A DNA stretch of 64,000 nt from Diadema antillarum (taxonomy: Eukaryota). Positions 51,101-63,100 of the stretch are shown here, piece by piece (position 1 is the first letter of the stretch; the number at the start of each line of letters is the position of its first letter). The notes beneath the pieces were generated by a model, which searched no databases, was not told the origin of the DNA, and saw only the letters and a list, made by a program, of their open reading frames with translations. The stretch covers positions 930,001 to 994,000 of the forward strand of contig NW_027271005.1 in assembly GCF_040938485.1 (NCBI RefSeq), in the 5' to 3' direction. Made by a program: the position numbers and the translations under genes.

Positions 51101-54100
51101 GGATTCCCATTATATTCATGCATGATTTCCATTATATTCATGCTTGATGTTTGTCAGTGGGACATATACTGTACATGTAGACAGGGGCTGTCTCCATCAT
51201 GTATAAGTGGGCTCATAATCATTGATACTTACCATCACTTGCAGGGCAACTCTTGATGATTATGCCAACAAGATTCGCACCCTGGACGCTGACCAGACCC
51301 GCACCCGCGGCCAAATCAATCGCGCCCACCGTGAGCTGGACGAGCTCGAGAAGGAATCTCAGGAACTCCGCGCAGATGCTGAGAGACTGGAGAATGAGAT
51401 ATTTGATTTGGAGGCAGCAAATGTGGAGGGTGCGTCACTTCTGTATATCGTGAAGAATAATTGATTATAAACAACCTCCAGACTGTTGCCAAAATGTCAT
51501 TTGAGAATTCAGTAGTCATTTAATGTTCAGTCAGTGAGCTGTTGATAATTGTAGACCGGCTAATAGATGACAAAGGGATAGTGTAGTATTGGTGGAGATG
51601 CAGATTGGGCTTTTAACTTTTTGCAAGATACCACGAAACAACTTATGAAATAGTACAGAGCATGCCATTCTAAGAGTAATTCAAAGTTTATTTGATGAAA
51701 ATTGGTTTTGCAATGGCTGAGACATCTAAAAACAAAGTAGAATAAAGTGATGTGGGTCCCAATTTTTATTAGGATTGCTCTTTATGGATATCTCAGCCAT
51801 TTCAAAACCAATTTTCATCAAATAAACATTGAATTCCTCATAGAATTGCATGCTCTTTCTCATTTCATAAGAAGTTTCTCAGTATTTCGTCAAGAACTAT
51901 TCGAAACCTGAAGTTAGGTCTCGAACAAAACAATACAATCCTTTTTATGCCTCCGCAACGAAGTGGCCGGAGGCATTATGTTTTCGGGTCGTCCGTCCGT
52001 CCGTCCGTCCGTCCGTCCGTCCCGTTTTGTTTTTGTCGATATCTCAAGAACCGTGTGGTGGTTTTACATCAAACTTGGTATGAAGGTATATCCTTGGGGG
52101 ATAATACTTTGTGTGGATTTTAGGGTCACAGGGTCAAAGGTCAAAGGTCACAGGTTATTTTGTGAAAAAAATTGAAATTTCATGTTTTTCTCCATATCTC
52201 GCAAATGGTTCGAGGTATCTTCATGGAACTTAGTATATATGCTTGTACCGATGGGCAGTGATTATCTAGGGAAGTTGGGGGTCATGGGTCAAAGGTCAGG
52301 GGGGTCAAAGGTCAAGGTCAACTCCTCAAAATATCACTACTTTCCTTAAAATGCAATATGCCTGAAGGTTGTTTTTTTTTTAAACTTGATGTATGGCATG
52401 TATTACCCAATATATATTTTTGGGGAAGTTCCTTGCCAAAAGGTCAAAGGTCGAAAGGTAAAAGGTCAAGTGAAAGTGCTAAATTGCACTTTTTCCTCCA
52501 TATCTCGAAAGTAACTCAAGGTATCATCATGAAACTTACATATTTATGCATGTTCAACCTAACAGTGATTCTCTTTGGAACTGTGAGGTCAAAGGTCAAA
52601 GGCCAGGTTTAGATAATGCTATTTTCCCATTGATACTGAAATTATACTTTTTCTCAATACCTTGAAAATTACTCAATGCATAAACTTATAAATGGGTCAA
52701 AAGTCAAGTAAAAATCATCAGTTCCCCAAATACCTGCACTCTGACATTTTAATCATTCATCCAATTGAACCTAGTTCTAGGAAAGTGAACATTCAGCACA
52801 TTTGTGTCAAACCTGTCATTTTAATATTTTGCCAATTGTGTGAAACTGTCATCACACATTGTCAAGACATTGTACTATAGACCTATTAGGAGAACCATGC
52901 ATTATGGCGGAGGCATATCAGTAGCCGTAGCGATATATCTAGTTTTTAATACGTCATGCAGTGCAAGCGTTCTTTTAGCTTTAAGAGCAAATCGTTTTTG
53001 GTTGTGATGGACCATTCCTGCTTTACGCAGGCAGAGTTGAATCCTGTTTGTTAAAGATGAGGAAAACCTCTCTCAATGCCACATGGACTACTTTGAACGT
53101 AAGTAATGTTGGATGGCATGTTTATAGGGCATGCACTGAAGTATCAGTGAACTGAAGGCACTCTCAAACAAGAAACATTCATGGCTAGAAACTTTTGAAA
53201 ATTGGAGCTGACAGCCTTTATAGCGAATCACCACTGGCACATAATGCATTGTAAAAACAAACACTTTCACAAGTCTTGGCTCATTTTTGAAATTAGGCAA
53301 AAGTTTCATTCTCATGCAAATTATCTTGTTTTGCAGCGTATGTCTGCCAGATAGCAATTACCTTTGTTCCATCTCCGTCCCCCACCCAGGTGCCTTCAAC
53401 AGCATCCTGCAGAGTCAGAACAGGTCGCGTGAGGCCCAGGGCCAGGCTGACGCGGCTGGGGGTGTGGTGGACCAATCAGAAGCTATCCGGCAGCAGGTGG
53501 AGGACCTGATTGGCCAGCGCAATGCGGCGCTGCAGCAGGAACGCGATGCCTACCTCAACAGACTGGACAATGTGGAAAACCAGCTTCTGGGGCTAGAGGG
53601 CCAACTGACTACCATCAATGAGCAGGTGACATATAATAATGTTCTCTATTTATTTATCGGGGGGGGGGGGGGGGAGGGGGGGGGAGGGGGGGGGGAGGGG
53701 GGGGGAGGGGGGGGGGAGGGGGGGGGGGAGCAAACAGGATAGACATTCCCGCTCAAGAGCGTAAGGCATTCATCACCAAAGTCACTTTTTGAAACTTCAT
53801 GGTTCCAGAGGTTCATAAGTTCCAAAAGCTTACCCGTATACAAAGACGGAAATTCTCCTAAACTTCATGTGATACCCAGATACATCTGTTTTGAAGGAAT
53901 ACTATACTGTGCTAGCAGTGTAGAAGAATCAGGGGTGAAAGGCCACAGGTTAAGGTCAGACGTCTTAAAGGGATAGTTTAGTTTTGGTTGAGCCTTAACT
54001 TCAGGTTTTTATCATTTTTTGGTGAGATGGTGAGAAACCTCTTATGAAATATGAAAGAGCATGTAGTTCCAAGAGGGATTTAATGTTTATTTGATGAAAA

Positions 54101-57100
54101 TTGGTTTTTAAATGGCCGAGATATCCAAAAAATAGCGATCCTAATAAAGTGTGGGACCCACATTTTATTATGATCGTTTTGTTTTACTTTGTTTTTGGAT
54201 GTTTCAGCTATTCCAAACCCGATTTTTATCAAATAAACTTTGAATTCCTCTTAAAATGGTATGCTCTGTACTATTTCATAAGTGTTTTCTTGGTATCTCG
54301 CAAAAAAGTTAAAGCTCAATTTTCATCTCCACCAATAGTGTACCATCCCTTTAAGAAAATAAGGTGAAATGCCAATCCTGGCCGTGAATTCCACTAGGTA
54401 TTACAAGCTAAATATTAATATCATGAATTGTAGTGAATGAAAGAAAATGAGTGAAATGAGAAAATGATGGTAATAATTAAAAGAGTAAAATAAAAGTAAA
54501 ATATTTCCTTTATGCATGGAGGGTTCAAAGGTCAATTAAGATATGGGCCTCGTGCATAATATCCTGAGCCACATTGTGCATTATTTATTTGGTCATGAAT
54601 AGACTCACTACCATGCATTATTTGTTTATTACACTGATGAGTGGGCGAGTGATGCTGACCCTCATGGTCTGACCAAGGTGACCAGCAATAGTCAACAAAT
54701 GGTATCAGCCAGGCACATTGTGCCATATGCTTGAATGAATGAATGAAACTCTGGTGAAGCAGTATGGGAAACATGACCATAACTGGACGGGTAAGGGGTA
54801 ATACTACAGTGTATGTGTAGGCATGCTCTTTCACTTTCGCTCTCTGTCCATCCTTGCCAGGTGTGTGGTTCCCCAGGGGACTCCTGTGACATCTGTGGAG
54901 GGGCTGGCTGCGGACAGTGTGGTGGACTGAGCTGTGATGGCGCTGTGCAGAAGGCGGAGGAGGCCCTCAGGAGGGCGTCAGAGGCAGATGGAAAGCTGGA
55001 CAACAAGAAGGAAGAGGCCGACAGCTTGCTGGAAGAGGTACAAAGTTCAATTGTAAATGTAGTCCTTATTTGCCTGCAGAACTGTCAATATTTGCTTTAA
55101 AACAAACACTTAAGCATGAGATATGTGTGAAAAAACACCATCATAACACCATTTCAGCTTTGTAACAACCAAAACGTGAAATATTCGCCAAAAAGGTTTG
55201 CCGGAAGTTCAACAGTCTCAGACCATACTTGATCTTGGTTGCTACAATGTTTTACTAATTTTTTAGTAGTCAACAAATTGGGCCAGACATTATATCCACC
55301 TATCTCCTGTGCTAGAGTGCATTGCGTGCATCCTGTTAGATGATATGACTGCTAGGTCACAATCAATCAAAGCACTCTACCTATCCACCAGTAAATGGGG
55401 AGTACACTTCAGGAATGAAGGTCATATGCATGTGATCAAAAATCATATTACACTTTTGATATCAAAATACTCCAAAACAAAAAACATTTTTCAAAATTGT
55501 CATACTGCACCATGAACAGGACAATACATTTCACATCATTACCATAGGAGCCAAAATTACAGCAGCCTTCACCTCCCAGCTTTACTCAAAATTTAAAAAG
55601 CATTTTTTCATATTTCCTTTTTCCTCTATTTTGATGAAATAATGTGAATATCAGTCAGAGTGTGCAGCATACGTGAATGACTTCTATTATACGCAGTAAA
55701 GCAAGGACGCAGACTGCTGTTTTTCTGGACCATAAGCATTTTCATTGAATCTTCAACTGTGTACGAGTGAACACACAATAGTCTTGGTGGGAAGATGTGC
55801 AAGACATATTTTTCGGACGTGTCGGAAGCTGCGTTGCCATGGTAACAGCATTTAAATGGCAGAAGATCAAGGAAAGATCATTCCTTGGGTAAGACTGTCG
55901 TCACGGGGCGGGGGTATCAATCACCTTAAGTGATATTTCTAGTATATTGAACTTGCCTTGTCAGTGTTGTCAGAGTGGTAAATTATCCCAACTCCTGCTG
56001 ACTGTAGTAAATGATGTCCTCTCCAGATGATGCAAGCCAAGGACCAGACTGGTGCCGCCCTGGACGACGCCCAGAGGGCGTATGATGCTGCCCTCATGGC
56101 CAAGCAGGAGGCCGAGGGAGGCCAGACAGACCTCAAGGACCTCATCAACAACATCACCTACTTCCTGGGGCGGGCCAGGGCGGAGCCCGACAGCGTTCGT
56201 CTCCTTGTCAATCAGACACTCAACACCAAGATATCCCTCTCTCCCGAGGAAATTGCAAGTGAGTGGTGTATGAAGTGGCTACTAGGAGTAAGATATGACA
56301 TCTTTAAATTTGCAGTCTCCCTAATTGCACATGAGGTAGCACAAGTACATGAAATAATAGTAATGATAATGATAATGATGATGATGATAATGACGATGAT
56401 GACGATGACTATGATGATGGTGATGATAGTAATAATCATAATAATAAGATAATGTTTGAGCTTTTTATGATATCTGTTTTAGTGTCAGTAATATCTGGGG
56501 AATGTTATTTTTGATAGGGCCCTATTTATTTTTTTATAAACAACAACAACAACAACAACAAAAGTAATAACAACAACAACAACAGCAACAACAACAACAA
56601 CCATATTAGGCACCTTGTAAAATGAAGTTGCAGTGGTGACATACATGTATGACATTATCTTTAAAATTTGCGGAATTTCACTGACTCTGACTGAAGGCGA
56701 CTCCATGCAAAATGAACTACCTCTTCCATATCCTTACAAGAGAATACTAGAATGCATTCTGCCATCATTTAGACGTGTGAATGATTTCAGCCCTGTATCC
56801 TTACCTGCAAAGTTGAATTCCCAAAATCTGGCATCCTATACAATATGCCTGCCAGTTTAAATCACAGGAGTTATGGTATGGCTTTACAGTACTTCTCAAA
56901 TAACTTTATACCAGCTGTTGGTCCTCATGTGTCGAAATGCTGTAAATGTCAATGGCAGGTTGAAAAAAAAAGGCAACTGATTGGTGCTAACATTATCAAG
57001 TATGTGGTTGTAGAGAAAAAGAAAAGAACATCAAGACTCGGTAGCATTGTTAATTTGACATGATTCCTGATCAAAATCATCTGTTGATTAACCTTTCATG

Positions 57101-60100
57101 ACTGTCGGATTGTGTGCCAAATGTCTGACCCTCCTCGGAGCATACCAAGAACAATAGCAAAATGATCTGCAAAAAATACATTCCTTCTGTCAATCAGATG
57201 ACAATAGTTGAAGTCCATGACTATATGGTGTTTTTTATTGTTGTTGTTGTTGCTATTTTTTTTCCTGAAGATGATCGACCTTACATGTGTCCTAAAAGCT
57301 TTTCTCATCTCCACGAGGTGTTTGTGGCATTTTTGCTGTTTATCAAAAGTCTCATGATCATTATCACTTGCTGTCTCTTCAGACCTGTCTCGACAAATCG
57401 AGGAAATCATCAGAACTTTGCTGAACATTGACGAGATCATCAATGCTACGCGTGATGACCTCCAAAGGGTCAACGACCTCAAGGACCGAGCTGACCGGGC
57501 CAGGTAAGACTAGATGGTGTGACTGCCTACTCTCCGATAGGCAGCCGTCTGTTCTCTATCGACAAAAATAACAGCTCTCTGTAATTAATACTGTAGTTGT
57601 CAATTTGATGATGCTCAGTGAAGCATAATTATTCTTTATTTTTCAAAGGAGATTCTAATATGCTATTAAATAGAAATGTGCCAAACTTTATCACACTTTA
57701 GATGGAATCTTATGGGCACTTTGGATATGCATTGATATCTNNNNNNNNNNNNNNNNNNNNNNNNNNNNNNNNNNNNNNNNNNNNNNNNNNNNNNNNNNNN
57801 NNNNNNNNNNNNNNNNNNNNNNNNNNNNNNNNNNNNNNNNNNNNNNNNNNNNNNNNNNNNNNNNNNNNNNNNNNNNNNNNNNNNNNNNNNNNNNNNNNNN
57901 NNNNNNNNNNNNNNNNNNNNNNNNNNNNNNNNNNNNNNNNAATGCAGGGCATTTGCTGAATCAGTGCTAGATTCGGCTGAAAGTGTGTCCAGGGCCCTAC
58001 AACAAGCCGAGGATGCCCAGGACACTGCTGGTCAGGCCATTGATGCGGCCAAGCAGGACATCAGAGAGGCAGATGAGGCTTTGGTGCAGGTAAGTCACTT
58101 TTATCACACTCCTGGTGAAAAAGTCCACTTGCTCAGTGATTTAGATTGATTCCGCATGGCTAACATTACTGTAGTCATCCAATACAAAGGCGGTGATCAG
58201 CTTTGTAAGTATACAGTGACATGCAGACAAAATATAGAATGGCCTCACTTTAAAAGTGACTTTTTTCAGACTTTTTTCCCCAGACTTTTTTTTCCCTTTG
58301 TGCATTAGCTTATTTTTCTATTTGACATTCTGTACATGAGGGGCCCACATTCCACAAGCTTTGTCTTTTTAGTTGGTCCCTCCATTTTTGTGAAGTTTGC
58401 GTAGTGTTATTTCGTCTTTATCACTTCAGTTCTCTTGACAACATATTATTACTACAAGGTTCCACAATTATATTCTTCTCACTTTACTTTGTTTTGCTTA
58501 TGCAACTTTATTCTCTGTTACCAAAGAAAGTGAAATATCTATGTTATTTTCGAAAAGTGAAATGAAATTTGAATTGAATTGAAATGAATTGAAAAGTGTA
58601 AGTCTTGTGCTAGTCAGGATGTTGTGGATAGATTAGTAAAGGAAAGCAACATTCCCCCCCCCCCCCCCTTCCCCCGGCATCCTGTGACATTAATGTCCAT
58701 GTCGAATGTGATTTGTGAATTGTATTGAAACATCATGTTGGTAAGAAGTGTCCCTGCACTGTCTTCCTGTGAAGAGAGATGCATTTTTTGTTTACATTTC
58801 ACATGCGGAAGTGGATTGTCACCACAATTTATTGAAAAAATCTTCCTTCTGGGCTAAGGGAGATAATGTTCATGTTGTCAGAGTTGAGATGATTGAATAC
58901 CTCCAAAGCTGTGTTTTCTTTGGAGCAAAGCAAAAAATTACTTACAGTTGATGCACCAGCATAGAAATCTGCCTCATGGTGTATTGAGTGCACGAAGAAA
59001 AAATAAATGGGACTCCACATTATTCTAATGTATAGTAGTGCACTGTAGTGTCATTATTCTAGTTACAACCAAGTTAGAATTCAAGTCCGATGGTTATTAT
59101 CCATATATCTTTTTTATGCTTCATTTGTTTGGTTAAAAACAAAATTTCGATATGATAAAAGAAAATTGCTGCTTCCAAGGACTTCGTTGTTGACGGGTGT
59201 CGACTGTATTCCCCTGTTCAGATCGAGTCTGAGGCAGATGACGCCATGGAGAAGTCAGAGAGCGCCCTCAACAAGATTGATGACATGAGGCGGCAGCTCG
59301 GTGAGGTGCAGATTAAGGTCACAGGCAACAGGGACAAGGTTCGGGAAGCCGTGAACTTGGCCCAGATGGCTGAACAACAGGCCCAGGAAGCTGCTCAGGT
59401 GAGAATTAAGGCCCCCAAAACCTTCAAGAAGGGGAAAAAAAGAAATAAAAAATTTGATTGCCCGACTTCAAAACTCAGAACGACATCACTTTGTTGAAAG
59501 CGACAGTCCAAGAGACTGTAGATAAAGGGAAGGGATGCCATGCAGCATGGTAAGAGCAAATAATAGTTTCTCATCACATTAATGATATCAGCTTATAAGA
59601 AGTGGACCTGTGGAAGAAGATAAAGATGTTTTACAGATGACAGTTTCCTGCGCCCTGTAGTATGATACATTGAAAATTGCTTATTGTAGCTAGGGAAACA
59701 TGGCCTCTATGGATAGGTAAACAACCATATGATTTCTTCACGTTTGATGTATCAAGATATATATTCCATGTGCATGCGTTCCTTGCACATATGAAAATAA
59801 AAGAATGCTCTGGAATATCACTGAATCAGGCAAGTTCAAAAATGTAGTGTTTAAATCTGTTTGCTTCAAAAGATTGCGCAGGGAGAACAAAAGACCATTA
59901 TGTGAGACACAAAAAGGCTGGTTTAGATCATACCAACCAATTATTGTGCTGACAGACAGATTAGAACCCACTGTCAGTGGCCACTGTTCACAGTGAAATG
60001 GCGCCCTCTGGAGATAGATTCGGAGGCCACTGGCCATTTTAAACTGGGGAAAGTTAGACGCAATGTCTGCAACACATATTCCTCTTAAGGAAGTGTGTAG

Positions 60101-63100
60101 TGCATGGCAGTGACATAGTGTATGTCTGCATGACAGTGACTTAGTGTAGGGATTTGTACTTTGTACAGGGTGTGTTTGTTATGCCTCCGCCAACGAAGTG
60201 GCCGGAAGCATTATGTTTTCGGGTCGTCCGTCCGTACCGTTTTGTTTTTGTCGATATCTCAAGAACCGTGTGGTGGTTTTACATCAAACTTGGTGTGAGG
60301 GTATATCCTGGGGGGATAATACTTTATTTGGATTTTAGGGTCACGGGGTCAAAGGTCAAAGGTCACAGGTTATTTTGTGTAAAAAAAAAGGTTGAAAATT
60401 CATGTTTTTCTCCATATCTCGCAAATGGTTCAAGGTATCTTCATGGAACTTAGTATAAATGCTTGTTCCAATGGGCAGTGATTATCTAGGGAAGTTGGGG
60501 GTCATGGTTCAAAGGTCAGGGGTCATGGTTCAAAGGTCAGGGGGTCAAAGGTCAAGGTCAACTCCTCAAAATATCACTACTTTCCTTATATTTATGCAAT
60601 GCCTGAAGGTTTTTTTTTTTTTTTTAACTTGATGTATACATGTATTACCCAATATATATTCTGTGGGAAGTTTCTTGCCAAAAGGTCAAAGGTCAAAAGG
60701 TCAAAGGTCAAGTGAAAATGCTGAATTGCACTTTTTCCTCCATATCTCAAACCTAAGGTACATTGTGTATCATCATGAAACTTACATATTTATGCATGTT
60801 CAACCTAACAGTGATTCTCTGTGGAACTGTGAGGTCAAAGGTCAAAGGCCAGGTTTAGATAATGCTATTTTCCCATTTGTTACTGAAATTATACTTTTTC
60901 TCAATACCTTGAAAATTACTCAATGCATAAACTTATAAAAGGGTAAAAAGTCAAGTAAAAATCATCAGTTCCCCAAATACCTGCACTCTGACATTTTAAT
61001 CATTCATCCAATTGAACCTAGTTCTAGGAAAGTGAACATTCAGCACATTTGTGTCAAACCTGTCATTTTAATATTTTGCCAATTGTGTGAAACTGTCATC
61101 ACACATTGTCAAGACATTGTACTATAGACCTATTAGGAGAACCATGCATTATGGCGGAGGCATATCAGTCGCCGTAGCGATATATCTAGTTTATTATGTA
61201 TTATGAAATTTATGTATTCAATTTCTGGTAAATATTTATACATGTTTGTTTCTGTTGGAAAAGAAAAAAATTAATGAATGAATGACAATTGAATGAATGA
61301 GTGGCCACGTAAAGCATCCTCTTTCCCGTCTGGCTGTGAACTGCAGAACGTGGACGCCACGGAGGAGGAATTTAACCAGACGGCAGAGCTGGTCAAGCTG
61401 AAGGTCGCCGAGGTGGATGGCGCTCGTGACAGGGCTGCCACGCTTCGCGACCAGGTGGCTGAATTGGAGCGGCAGATTACGAGGGATGTCAATGAACTTG
61501 AGGGTAAGATTGCTTAACTGCACATATCAATCATCTGTCTATGCAAGGAAGCTGCTTCTGCATTTGCAAAATAATGCCCCTTTAAAGACATACATAAATG
61601 TTAAAGAACATTGAGTATACAGTTGTATGAGCACGTTCACATAGAAAAACAAGTCAAGCATGTGAAGCCGAGACAAATTAAAGAGTGACTATCAATCTGC
61701 TGCCCAAGTAGTCCCATCAAACTCTTACCTCAGAAGTTCCGAGCGTTCAGCAAAATATTTCCAAGCAATGATTTGTGTCACAGAGGGACTTCTCATAGCA
61801 AATTTATGCAGGAGAACTGTACAAATGTTTGTTGCCAGTTAGCTGCTTAGAATGGTTAGATGACTCCTGTTTGTACACCTGTGCCATGGATGATTAATGG
61901 AGACATCTGTGTTTGTTTTATTTTCCTTCTCAGTATTCCATATTGAATTGCTCTCTGTTTCTTTGATTCTGTAAGACTAGTCTCTTCTGATCTGGTGGCC
62001 AAAATAACAGATTATGAGTTTTTGCTTGGTATATGCCAAAACAAACCACTCATTACCTGAGATGTGAAGTCATTTTCCAGGCAAGAAACTGGATTTGTCA
62101 TGGACACGGTGATACCAGTGGTATCTTTGTAGTACAGTACATTCCCTCTATAAAAATTCCTCGGGACCAGCGGTTTCCTTTCGTTATATTGAAATTTTAT
62201 TATAGCCAAACAGAAAAGTATGCAAAGATATTTAGACAATAACTTGTGGACCTGAATTTTTACTTCGTTGTTATTCGAATTTCATTATAAACTTGTTAAT
62301 TATATTGGGAGTACACTGTATAGAAAATAGTTTAGTAAATTTTGAGTTGCAATTTTTCTTGCACATTGAGGAGGATATATTGTACCATATTTTGCTGATG
62401 ATGTTTATCTCGGAGATTCTCAAAAAATGAGGGAGGATGAATACAGATGAATATCTAAAGGAAAAGTCTCTGAAAAGATGCATTCATTTTGTCGAGAAGG
62501 GGAGGGGGGAGGGGATATACAGATACTTTTGAATTCAAATCAGTTCAATAGTTTGTTTATTTCCATCATCGAAAAAAAAGAAAGAAAAAAAAAGAAAACA
62601 TGATTCAAAGCAGTACAAGTTGTCGTCTTGTCTTTAATTCATCTGATAAGAACAGTTGTTGTTTTTTTTCGAATACAAAATAAAATGTATGCACAAATGA
62701 TGTAATTAAAGAAAAACAAAAACAAAACAATGCACACTTTGTCATGGTAACAGAAACAAGTAAGTAATCATAACGATGGAAAACAGTGTTCCACTATCAA
62801 AAAGCGAAGCTTGTAGGACCTGGAACACTGCAAACAAAAATGCTTAGTGTCCTCTTGAGTTCCTTTGTAGAATTATCTTTCTGCACCACTGACCTGAAGG
62901 AAATTTCTCATATTTTGAGACCATGTTTTTTGGTTAAATGTATATGTTTCTTTCTCCACTCTACAGGTTTGCAAAACACATTCAACACCAACGGCGTTAC
63001 GCTGCAGAACCTGACGGGCGAAATCAATGCACTGAATATGAAAATGATGGAGATTTTAGAAGATATACAAACCAAGGCTGTAGAGTACAGGACCTGTAAA

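Noticed and set aside
53646-53843. Proline-rich (extensin-like) ORF on the minus strand
   Set aside because: Translation of the G tract.
56212-56706. Poly-Ile, poly-Met and poly-Val ORFs
   Set aside because: Translations of the ATG/ATA and CAA microsatellites.
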